In this document: piece after piece, positions 1-7,757 of the stretch
How positions within the stretch are numbered: the stretch's first letter is position 1
Layout: the number at the start of each line of letters is the position of its first letter
DNA from: Armatimonadota bacterium
GTDB taxonomy: Bacteria; Armatimonadota; UBA5829; DTLH01
Length of the DNA: 14,295 bases
Reading direction: 5' to 3'
NCBI GenBank assembly: GCA_039680575.1
Contig: JBDKSP010000049.1
Span: 1-14,295 of the forward strand
Program-made: the position numbers and the translations under genes
The notes under the pieces: model-generated
Seen by the model: the letters and a program-made list of their open reading frames with translations, nothing else
Told to the model about the DNA's origin: nothing
Databases searched by the model: none

Positions 1-95
1 TGCAATATACCTACTACTTCGACAACCCTTTCAAAAGTACCTAATTGTAATATATGTCACAAACTGTACTCGCAATTAATCCTTCGCATGCACTC

Positions 96-926
96 TTAAC
101 GGAAATTATACTTGTGCGTTTGCCCTGGCTGCTTCGCTTCGTCAAAGTCCGGGTCATCCCTGCTTAAAAGCACGAATGCCTCGTAGTACACCGGGAAAGT
201 GCCGATATCGCGCCTGGTCTCTTCGCCTAAGAGGGGTACGCCCCAGACCGGCCTGCCGTTGTCGATCATAAGGCGTATGGAATCGGTTATTTGCAGCTCC
301 CCTCCTGCGCCGGGCAGGGTTTTTCTGATGCAATCGAAAATGGACGGGTCGAAAGCATATCTTCCCGCGATAGAGTATTCCCCGGGGCATTCTTCAGGAG
401 AAGGTTTTTCGATAAGAAGATCGATTTCGAAGTACTGTCCGTCCCACCTGGCAGGCCGGACCATTCCGTAGCGGAAAGACTCCTCTTTGGGTGTGCTCTG
501 CACAATAACCACGCACTCAGCGTCCGTCCGGGAATAACAATCGAGGACTCTCGTAGTAGCATGAGGCGGGTCGAGCGGAGTAATCAGGGCATCTCCCAGT
601 GCGACCAGAAACGGTTCGTCTTTGACATAGTCTTCGCTGCAGAGAATCGCGGCCGCAAGCCCGGTCTGCTCTTTCTGGACGGTCCAGTCGATTGACAGGC
701 CGGGGTAGTCCTTGAAATAAGCGGGAATGGAAGCCTTATCCTCCGATATGACGAACAGAATATCCGTTATACCTGTGCTTTTCAGCTCATCGACGATGAT
801 CTCAAGCACAGGCTTGCGCCCCAGAGGGAGCATCTCTTTGGCGATTGCTTTCGTCAGCGGCATGAGCCTTGTGCCTTTGCCTGCTGCCGGTATAACCGCC
901 TTATGTATCTTTCGCGCTTCGGACAT
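96..926 (-). CDS. galU: UTP--glucose-1-phosphate uridylyltransferase (GalU-type nucleotidyltransferase)
   Basis: Motifs KAVIPAAGKGTRLMPLTKAIAKEMLP, QKEQTGLAAAI, LIEKP and GELQITD. Start trimmed to ATG at 926 (MSEARK) because the longer ORF overlaps the upstream gene. Confidence 0.85.
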   Translation of the reverse strand: MSEARKIHKAVIPAAGKGTRLMPLTKAIAKEMLPLGRKPVLEIIVDELKSTGITDILFVISEDKASIPAYFKDYPGLSIDWTVQKEQTGLAAAILCSEDYVKDEPFLVALGDALITPLDPPHATTRVLDCYSRTDAECVVIVQSTPKEESFRYGMVRPARWDGQYFEIDLLIEKPSPEECPGEYSIAGRYAFDPSIFDCIRKTLPGAGGELQITDSIRLMIDNGRPVWGVPLLGEETRRDIGTFPVYYEAFVLLSRDDPDFDEAKQPGQTHKYNFR

Positions 927-937
927 GTTGTAGGTCT

Positions 938-1603
938 CTACTCGCTGAACCTGTAGCCGACGTTGCGGACGGTCTCGATCAACGACTGGTGTGGTCCCAA
1001 CTTCGAGCGCAGCCGGCGGATGTGAACATCGACAGTCCGCGCGCCCCCGTAGTAATCGTAACCCCATACCCTGTTCAGGAGCGCCTCTCTCGTGAATACT
1101 CGCCCCTTGTGGGTGACCAGAAACCTGAGGAGTTCGAACTCCGTGTAGGTCAAATCCAGCGTATCGTTTCCGATCCGGGCTTTATAGTTATCGACATCCA
1201 CCTCCAGCTTACCCGCTTTTACCACATTTCCATCGTCGGATGTCCCGTTTTTGATGAGCCGGGTCAGGATGCGCGCTGTAAGCTCCGGCAGGGATACAGG
1301 CTCAAGCACGAAATCATCCAGCGGAGGAAGCGGCAGAGATGAGAGTGCGGATTCCGGCAGTATACCGATGATCGGAGCATCCTCGATCCCCGGCTGCTCT
1401 CTCACGGTCTCTATGAGCCGGTCGGATGACTCGACAAGGCGCAGATCGACGACCACAATATCCGGGCCGCCTTTCGAAAGCGCTATATCGAGCGCATCCA
1501 GGCTTGTCCCGGTGTTTGCGGTTATGACATTCGACCCGGCCAGCGAACTTGCGAGCGTATCCGCCAGCCTCCAGTCATCGGTTATAATCAGTGCGCGATA
1601 CAT
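938..1603 (-). CDS. OmpR/PhoB-family response regulator, GlnR-like with atypical receiver domain
   Basis: C-terminal winged helix LTYTEFELLRFL...GRVFTREALLNRVWGYDYYGGARTVDVHIRRLRSKLG closely resembles actinobacterial GlnR. Starts 3 nt after the glnA stop. Confidence 0.88.
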   Translation of the reverse strand: MYRALIITDDWRLADTLASSLAGSNVITANTGTSLDALDIALSKGGPDIVVVDLRLVESSDRLIETVREQPGIEDAPIIGILPESALSSLPLPPLDDFVLEPVSLPELTARILTRLIKNGTSDDGNVVKAGKLEVDVDNYKARIGNDTLDLTYTEFELLRFLVTHKGRVFTREALLNRVWGYDYYGGARTVDVHIRRLRSKLGPHQSLIETVRNVGYRFSE

Positions 1604-1606
1604 TAA

Positions 1607-2935
1607 TTACAAAACCGGCAGGTACTGCTCCAGCTCGAAGCTGGTTATCTGTGCCTTGAACCTGGCCCACTCCACCTTCTTGTTCTCTATCAGCTTCTCG
1701 AATACATGATCGCCGAGTGTACGGCGGAGAAGCTCGCTCTTCTCGGCTGTCTTTATGGCTTCATACAGGTCTTCGGGAAGAATCCCGATACCAAGTTCCT
1801 CCCTTTTATCCTCAGAAAGCTCATAGATATTCCCTTCATAAGGGTCTTGAAGCTCGTAATTGTTCTCGATCCCCTCCAGACCGGCTGCGAGCATTGCCGC
1901 GAATGCCAGGTACGGGTTGCAGGCCGGGTCGGGAGACCTGAGCTCGATCCGCATTGCGTCTTCCTTGCTGGGGCGGTATCCTGGAATCCTGATGAGGTCG
2001 GACCTGTTACGCATCGCCCAGGATATGTAGACCGGCGCTTCGTAGCCTGGTATCAACCTCTTGTAAGAGTTCACCCACTGGTTCAGGACGAGCGTTATCT
2101 CCGGGATATGCTTCAAAAGCCCTGCGATATACTTCCTGCCGAGTGCTGAGAGATGGAATTTGTCGTTTTCATCGTAAAACGCGTTGTGATCGCCCTTAAA
2201 AAGCGACTGATGGGTATGCATTCCGCTGCCGTTCTGTCCGAATACCGGCTTCGGCATAAATGTCGCGTAGACACCATGGCTGATCGCAACTTCTTTCACT
2301 ACCAGCCTGTAGGTCATGGTGCTGTCGGCCATAGTCAGGGCATCTGTGTAGCGTAAATCTATCTCATGCTGGCTCGGAGCTGCCTCATGGTGGCTGTACT
2401 CGACTGGAATACCCATAGCTTCAAGGGTAAGTATGGTGTCTTTCCGTAAATCCGTGGCGACATCGAGCGGAGTGAGATCGAAATAGCCTCCCGAGTCCAG
2501 CCCAACAGGCGTACCCTGCGCGTTTTTGAAGTAGAAGTACTCAAGCTCCGGTCCTACGTAGAATGTATAACCAAGTTTCGCCGCACGCTTCAGCTGCTGC
2601 TTGAGCACCCACCTCGGGTCACCCTCGTAAGGCCGCCCGTCCGGGTAGTGTATGTCGCAGAACATCCGAGCGACCTTGCCTTCCTCTCGAACACGCCACG
2701 GAAGGAGAGTAAACGTGCTCGGGTCCGGCTTTGCGATCATATCGCTCTCGTCGATTCGCGCGAAACCCTCAATAGCTGAACCGTCGAACCCCATTCCGTC
2801 TTCGAGCGCGCCCTCAAGCTCCGCCACTGTGATCGAGAAGCTCTTCAAAAACCCTAAAATATCCGTAAACCAGAGGCGGATGAACTTTACATTCTGGTCT
2901 TTCGCCGCCTTGATAACATATTCTCTATCTTTCAA
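1607..2935 (-). CDS. glnA: Type I glutamine synthetase
   Basis: Motifs FDGSAIEGFARIDESDM, GPELEY, HHEAAPSQHEI, ATFMPKP, NGSGMHTHQSL, NSYKRLIPGYEAP, RIELRSPDPACNPYL. TTG start with GGGGAG RBS. Confidence 0.97.
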   Translation of the reverse strand: MKDREYVIKAAKDQNVKFIRLWFTDILGFLKSFSITVAELEGALEDGMGFDGSAIEGFARIDESDMIAKPDPSTFTLLPWRVREEGKVARMFCDIHYPDGRPYEGDPRWVLKQQLKRAAKLGYTFYVGPELEYFYFKNAQGTPVGLDSGGYFDLTPLDVATDLRKDTILTLEAMGIPVEYSHHEAAPSQHEIDLRYTDALTMADSTMTYRLVVKEVAISHGVYATFMPKPVFGQNGSGMHTHQSLFKGDHNAFYDENDKFHLSALGRKYIAGLLKHIPEITLVLNQWVNSYKRLIPGYEAPVYISWAMRNRSDLIRIPGYRPSKEDAMRIELRSPDPACNPYLAFAAMLAAGLEGIENNYELQDPYEGNIYELSEDKREELGIGILPEDLYEAIKTAEKSELLRRTLGDHVFEKLIENKKVEWARFKAQITSFELEQYLPVL

Positions 2936-2970
2936 TTTCCATCTCCCCCAGGTAAAGGTTTAGACGGTTT

Positions 2971-3000
2971 ATTATACGTAGTTGTGTCCAGTCATTACAA
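2971..3000 (-). promoter_or_regulatory. Putative sigma-70 promoter of the glnA operon, overlapped by an imperfect palindrome
   Basis: Minus strand TTGTAA-18 nt-TATAAT, ending about 35 nt upstream of the glnA start. TGTGT-N7-TTACA at 2983-2999 overlaps it. Confidence 0.55.
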
Positions 3001-3127
3001 ATGATTATTCCGCATTCCACATTCCTGCCGTGTAAATCTCGAATCCGCCTCCCCTGGCCTGCGGTTCTCCCATTCCAATGGGGTAAGTACAGCATGAGTG
3101 TAGATTGCAGATAGACAGGTGTGTGAT

Positions 3128-3586
3128 ATGGCAAAAGGAAAGGAATGGCCCATTGTAACGGGACTTGCGATAAGCGGAATACTGGACTCGCTTTACCTTC
3201 TTCTCTTCCAGACAAAGAAGATAGAACATCTGGTATGTCCGGTGTTCGATGGAGGCTGCGAGCAGGTAGCCGCTTCTGATGCCGCGTTTCCCGGCGGAGT
3301 CCCCGACGCCATATACGGCGTAGCGGGTTATAGCGCAGCGGCAGGCACTGCCATCGCGATCCCCCGGACATCCGGCAGGGTTCAAAAGTGGCTTGCCGGA
3401 GCTATGATAGGAGGTTCGCTTCTCGCAGTGGGATTGAGCGCATATCTGACCTACGCGCAGCCGAAAAAGACCGGAGCATGGTGCTTCTGGTGCCTTACGT
3501 CGGCTGTCGTATCTTCTCTAATGGCGCCCATTGCCATATCCGGAGCTAGTCGAGTGCTGCGCGAGTCTCGGCAGCAACATCTATAG
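3128..3586 (+). CDS. Vitamin K epoxide reductase (VKOR) family membrane protein
   Basis: Loop cysteines CPVFDGGC, then EQVAAS and GVPDAIYG, active-site CFWC, four hydrophobic segments. ATG at 3128. Confidence 0.88.
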   Translation: MAKGKEWPIVTGLAISGILDSLYLLLFQTKKIEHLVCPVFDGGCEQVAASDAAFPGGVPDAIYGVAGYSAAAGTAIAIPRTSGRVQKWLAGAMIGGSLLAVGLSAYLTYAQPKKTGAWCFWCLTSAVVSSLMAPIAISGASRVLRESRQQHL

Positions 3587-3742
3587 AGTTTCAGGAGATA
3601 AAGTAACAGCCTTACAGCTATATAAACAGTTCTCTGATATAGCTTTATCTGTTGATTTTACACTTACACCTGAAACTCTTCCGGAGGATTTTCGGCAACA
3701 GCCAATATATGATTGGCCGTTAATTAATCAGCCGAAAATCTA
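3584..3742 (+). mobile_element. Modular miniature element (MITE-like), copy 1, longest form
   Basis: TA|TAGAGTTTCAGG...CCTGAAACTCT-TCCGGA-GGATTTTCGGC...GCCGAAAATCTA|TA, with TA at 3582-83 and 3743-44. The arms recur at 9198, 11805, 13154, 14051 and 14269. Confidence 0.75.
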
Positions 3743-3764
3743 TAGACAAAAAGGAGTGATCTTT

Positions 3765-4454
3765 ATGCCGCGATTTCCCGATCCCGAGGTGCCTTCTGCC
3801 GCTGTGGCTGATAATAACATAATAGGCGAGGTCAGGCAGGCGCTGGGTGAAAGCCCGGATGTAGATGTACGAGACCTCCTGGTCGATTCCAGCGGCGGTA
3901 TCGTGCAACTTACCGGTGCTGTGCGGACGCTCCACGAAAAACAGACCGCCGGTAAGCTGGCGTTAAGCGCCGAGGGAGCGAAAGGCGTCGAGAACAACCT
4001 TGTGGTTGTGGCTGACAAGCAACCGAGCGACAGCGAGATAGAGTGCGCGATCGAGAAGGTGCTCGGCAATTATCCCGAAGGCAGACCTGCACGGATCGGC
4101 GTGCGTATTGTGGAAAATGGTGTGGCTTACCTCGCCGGTAAGGCATCGAGCGGGCTTGAGTCATGGAATGCCGTTGCGCTGGTGGCCAAAGTTCCCGGTG
4201 TAAAGAAAATCGTAAATGAGATAGATGTAGCGCCGGGCGAGCCGGTCAATGAGGTAGAGCTGAAAAACCTCGTCAATGATTCGCTGTCCCGAGACCTTCG
4301 GGTACACCCCTTTGATATAAACGTTCAAGTCGAAAATGAGGATGTATACCTCGAAGGTGATGTCGAAGATGAGGAAACAAGGTGCGCGGCGGAAGAAATT
4401 GCAAGCGGCACCGCCGGTGTCAAGCGGGTGTACAATAATATCAAAGTCATGTAG
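3765..4454 (+). CDS. BON (OsmY-like) domain protein with three BON repeats
   Basis: Three repeats of the type G-V-L-G-V...A...A...GV..V.N.I/L.V. AAGGAG RBS before ATG 3765. The longer ORF in the track reads through the repeat element. Confidence 0.88.
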   Translation: MPRFPDPEVPSAAVADNNIIGEVRQALGESPDVDVRDLLVDSSGGIVQLTGAVRTLHEKQTAGKLALSAEGAKGVENNLVVVADKQPSDSEIECAIEKVLGNYPEGRPARIGVRIVENGVAYLAGKASSGLESWNAVALVAKVPGVKKIVNEIDVAPGEPVNEVELKNLVNDSLSRDLRVHPFDINVQVENEDVYLEGDVEDEETRCAAEEIASGTAGVKRVYNNIKVM

Positions 4455-4471
4455 ATAAGGACATGTAAGTA

Positions 4472-4510
4472 AAGGGCAGCGGACTTAGAATCCGCTGCCC
4501 TTCTTATTTT
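4472..4510. terminator. Intrinsic terminator between convergent genes, probably bidirectional
   Basis: 12-bp stem AAGGGCAGCGGA/TCCGCTGCCCTT with a 7-nt loop, followed by a T-rich tract. Confidence 0.85.
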
Positions 4511-4525
4511 TATCTGTATCGAGCG

Positions 4526-4684
4526 TCACATTGTTGTGACACGGCGGCCTGTGAACAGGTTATACAGCAGCAGAATCACTGCAACAACGAACAGGATCCA
4601 CAGCCAGCTACCCCAGTTTACACCAAGGCCTACGAGCCACAGCACGAACAGCGCGATAATGACGAACCACAGTAACGTATACAT
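4526..4684 (-). CDS. Small membrane protein, lmo0937/DUF5670-like (52 aa; absent from ORF track)
   Basis: Manual translation MYTLLWFVIIALFVLWLVGLGVNWGSWLWILFVVAVILLLYNLFTGRRVTTM. AGGAG RBS, two TM helices, C-terminal GRR, ends just before the terminator. Confidence 0.85.
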   Translation of the reverse strand: MYTLLWFVIIALFVLWLVGLGVNWGSWLWILFVVAVILLLYNLFTGRRVTTM

Positions 4685-4720
4685 CTTTTCCACTCCTATT
4701 CAGCGGAGTCATCCGTACCA

Positions 4721-5443
4721 TTACTTACGGTTATCGTGTGTCGCCCCCCTGTCCAATCCTTGACCGGTCAAGTGAGCCACTCCAACGATACGCATGGCTC
4801 CCGGCGATATATCTACAGACTTCAGTTCAGGTGATAACCCCGTAGTACCCAGATCCACCACCGGGTTGATCCAGTCTTCCAGCATCTTCGCTCCGATGGA
4901 CGGAGCTTTGATTCCGGCCACTTCAAAGCGGTCTATTCTTAGATAAAGCTTCTCGCCTTTCGGCTCCAGGGAACCAGTCAAGTCTACATTGGCTGAAACA
5001 ACCCATGCTTTCGGTCTCCCATGAATCTTTATTTTCCCCTGAATCAGCTTTACCTCAGGATCATCAGTCCTTATTTTATCAATGTATTCATTCAACGATT
5101 TCTCTGAGATCGTTGCCTCAAAGATCGTTTCGCCTACACTTTTAAGCACCGACTTTTTACGGTCGGCTGCGACATCCGTCATTTTGACCGTCAGATGGTC
5201 GATGCACAGGTCAGGCATCAACCACACTTGTTCGCCGTGAACGATTAACTTCTCTATTTGCCCCTTTATCATCTTCCTGTGCGACCCGTGGACCTCCACA
5301 TCATACGACTTGGCCGGGCCGACCAGGTTGGGCAGGCTTTTCTCTATTTTGCTTTCAACTTTGCTGTCGATGATGTCCCCGGCGCATCCTGTCAGGACAA
5401 ATGCCAGTATAATCATCGAGGTGAGAGCAATGTAACGCAGCAT
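4721..5443 (-). CDS. DUF2993/LmeA-like lipoprotein
   Basis: Signal peptide with lipobox LTGC. Segments YDVEVHG...MIKGQIEKLIVHG, ATISEKSLNEY and INPVVDL fit the DUF2993 pattern as I recall it. Start placed at ATG 5443. Confidence 0.65.
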   Translation of the reverse strand: MLRYIALTSMIILAFVLTGCAGDIIDSKVESKIEKSLPNLVGPAKSYDVEVHGSHRKMIKGQIEKLIVHGEQVWLMPDLCIDHLTVKMTDVAADRKKSVLKSVGETIFEATISEKSLNEYIDKIRTDDPEVKLIQGKIKIHGRPKAWVVSANVDLTGSLEPKGEKLYLRIDRFEVAGIKAPSIGAKMLEDWINPVVDLGTTGLSPELKSVDISPGAMRIVGVAHLTGQGLDRGATHDNRK

Positions 5444-5603
5444 GCTCTCACGGCAACTTATTTTACTTACCATAAATCGTATACCCTTCACAAATTACCT
5501 CAAAACTTAACGCAAACCGCACCAGGATCCGGCTCGTCCTTATTATAACGCCATAAACCGGTCAGGAGCGAGGAATATAAAAGCTCAGAGTTGATGAGTA
5601 CAA

Positions 5604-5668
5604 CGTCATTCCGAGCTTGACTCGGAATCCAGGAAAAGAATGGACCCTGAATCAAGTTCAGGGTGACG
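5604..5668. repeat. Inverted doublet of CGTC-tagged REP-like palindromes (intact copy)
   Basis: CGTCA-TTCCGAG-CTTGA-CTCGGAA-TCCA on the + strand and CGTCA-CCCTGAA-CTTGA-TTCAGGG-TCCA on the - strand. Second copy at 14218. Confidence 0.88.
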
Positions 5669-5714
5669 TGCTGGTTGTTCAAGTTGATGTACAATTCTCA
5701 TCTAGAGTGAACCC

Positions 5715-7400
5715 TTACCTAGGAATACTTAACGGTATCGGAGGCTGCTGCGGAAGTTCCTGCTGCGTGAAGAGTTCGACTGCCGGCGCAACGGTCATCT
5801 TTCCTTCCACACCGAACGGCACTCCCTTTGCCCGCACTCCATACCTGAACGATTTAAACCTTTCTGCATCGAGGACGACCAGCAATTCGTACCTTCCTGA
5901 TGGAACCACCATTACTTTGTAGTATCCCCAGTCGTCTGTAACTCCCACGCGGCCACCCAAGCCTTCGGATATGAGCGAGCTTGTGATCGAATCATTAATT
6001 TCATCGCATCCAGGAAGGAGACATATTGTTACATTACGGGCTGGTTTGCCATCGACCAGTATCCGGCCGGATACATCGGTCCGCGGCACAGTCCCTTCGT
6101 CTTTAGCTTTCTTCGCTTCAGCCTCTTTTAGACACTTCTCATATCTGGCGATTATCTCTTTTTTGTGCTTATTATCATCCGGAAAGTCTTTTTGGAGATA
6201 TAAGATCTTGTCATGGCAGAGCGAGATGACATCGTCCCATTTTCCCAGGACTTCCGCAGCGTAAATCGCACCACGGTCGGGTTCAGCATTCGGTTTTCTG
6301 GCTTTATCCGCCTTAAACGCAGCTTCGTAGTTGCCGATCAGAACGTTGTTTCTTATGGTTCCAGAATTAGTAAATCTCCGGTCGAAAGCCTGCTTCGGAA
6401 ACTCATGCACCAGCCGGGCCTCGGCGTCGAGAGACTCTTTTGGCTGCCAGTTTTGAGCTGTAAGGTAAGATTTCAGATAAAGTGCAGCAGACCTGTAAGC
6501 GCTTTTCGGATGATTTTCGATGAGCTTGTTACAGGCTCCAATTGTTTTGGAGTAAGTATATCTTTGGCGTCCCTGCACCGGCTCGCCTTCAGCGATACGT
6601 ATTACCAAGTTGCTTCTTTGAGGCACTTGGGGAGAGTAGTCCTTGCTCAAATCACCTATAGGCTCGAGAGTACCCATTCCAGCTATAGAACCATTGTCTT
6701 CGGTTTTGTTGGCCTCTACGAAATACTCCCTGCCCAGGTCTTTTTCCTTAACGTACCCAACTGCCCAGTTGGCAGCTATTATGATTGGGATAAGCGACCA
6801 GGCAAATCCTGCCACAAGCCGCCGCGGCCTTTCGGATTTTTCTCCGGTCAAGCCATGAAGGAACGCCGCCAGAAGGAGTCCGGCAAGCGCTCCGCAGACA
6901 CCCCATATATAAAGCGCTTCCGTTAGTATTTTTTCCTTGTTAAAGGCCATATCGTAGAAACAAATCAACTGCAATACCTGGGCTCCGTAGATCATTCCTG
7001 CTACCAATGACCCAATCACAAGCCCTGCCACCATACCCGTATATAGCCGGCTTGCATTAGCTTCGTTTCTACCATCCAGCGTAGAGGTTGCGGTAAATCC
7101 TGTCCACAGCCCGGTAATCGCACCGGTATAAATAGCGATCCAAAGGGATGTCGCAAACTGAAGCGACGCTATACTTCCTCCAAACCAGGCCAGGCTGACT
7201 CCAAAATAGCCGCCCAAATAACCATTGAAAATCTCTTTCGGATTGTCGGTTTTGATGAGACTGACGGCAGCCACACTTAAGGCTAATGTAATCAACAGCA
7301 CTGTGCCTGAAACAATTGCAAACTGCCTCGGAAATTTCTGTTTTTTCTCTTTATGATGAAGTCGGCGATATTTCACAATCTCAATGATCGGAAATGCCAC
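5715..7400 (-). CDS. Multi-pass membrane protein with TPR-like region and C-terminal carboxypeptidase-regulatory-like beta-sandwich; probable 3' part of a frameshifted gene starting at 7752
   Basis: About six hydrophobic segments, TPR-like IENHPKSAYRSAALY, and VSGRILVDGKP...TDDWGYY...PSGRYEL. The frame is open upstream to 7544 and GTG 7400 has no RBS. Confidence 0.7.
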   Translation of the reverse strand: MAFPIIEIVKYRRLHHKEKKQKFPRQFAIVSGTVLLITLALSVAAVSLIKTDNPKEIFNGYLGGYFGVSLAWFGGSIASLQFATSLWIAIYTGAITGLWTGFTATSTLDGRNEANASRLYTGMVAGLVIGSLVAGMIYGAQVLQLICFYDMAFNKEKILTEALYIWGVCGALAGLLLAAFLHGLTGEKSERPRRLVAGFAWSLIPIIIAANWAVGYVKEKDLGREYFVEANKTEDNGSIAGMGTLEPIGDLSKDYSPQVPQRSNLVIRIAEGEPVQGRQRYTYSKTIGACNKLIENHPKSAYRSAALYLKSYLTAQNWQPKESLDAEARLVHEFPKQAFDRRFTNSGTIRNNVLIGNYEAAFKADKARKPNAEPDRGAIYAAEVLGKWDDVISLCHDKILYLQKDFPDDNKHKKEIIARYEKCLKEAEAKKAKDEGTVPRTDVSGRILVDGKPARNVTICLLPGCDEINDSITSSLISEGLGGRVGVTDDWGYYKVMVVPSGRYELLVVLDAERFKSFRYGVRAKGVPFGVEGKMTVAPAVELFTQQELPQQPPIPLSIPR

Positions 7401-7518
7401 TGAGATCAGAAAAAAGAAAGAGATGCCGCATAAAACACCTTTTCCCTCGTGTGTGAGGGCCGCAAAGACTGATGCGATAATAATGTACGGCGATACGAAA
7501 ATATGAAATGTATGCAGG

Positions 7519-7752
7519 TTAATCAGAGCATCCCACAGTTTTTTTTATCACTGATAATTCGGCAAGCCATATCGTAAAGAAGATAATCGCAAAAACAATG
7601 GGTACAACCCAGCCTGCGTTTGATGGATGGCTGAATGGCAGAGACAGGAACCTTGTGTCCCAAAAAACGTTTACACTGAAATATCCCCACAGCGCTCCGG
7701 CTGCTCCAAGCAGGCTCGGAAAAACTACCAACTTCCAGGCTAAACGGTTCAT
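7519..7752 (-). CDS. Two-TM ORF, probable 5' part of the frameshifted membrane protein gene
   Basis: ATG 5 nt after the folC stop with AAGGAG RBS. Joins the downstream frame if the A8 run at 7539-7546 is A7. Confidence 0.65.
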   Translation of the reverse strand: MNRLAWKLVVFPSLLGAAGALWGYFSVNVFWDTRFLSLPFSHPSNAGWVVPIVFAIIFFTIWLAELSVIKKTVGCSD

Positions 7753-7757
7753 CTGGC

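Noticed and set aside
2936..3127. Glutamine riboswitch or leader RNA upstream of glnA, and minus-strand ORFs 2925-3385
   Set aside because: The predicted promoter leaves only about 30 nt of leader, and I recognise no riboswitch consensus. The ORFs are antisense to VKOR.
3669..3696. Chromosomal dif site or integron attC
   Set aside because: Same 11-6-11 spacing as dif but no resemblance to XerC/XerD arm sequences, no RYYYAAC/GTTRRRY ends, and no integrase.
3531..3764. N-terminal extension of the BON ORF
   Set aside because: It overlaps VKOR and reads through the element; the clear RBS is at ATG 3765.
5500..5694. 64-aa ORF on minus strand and overlapping plus-strand ORF 5617-5922
   Set aside because: They are largely translations of the REP doublet or antisense to the neighbouring gene.
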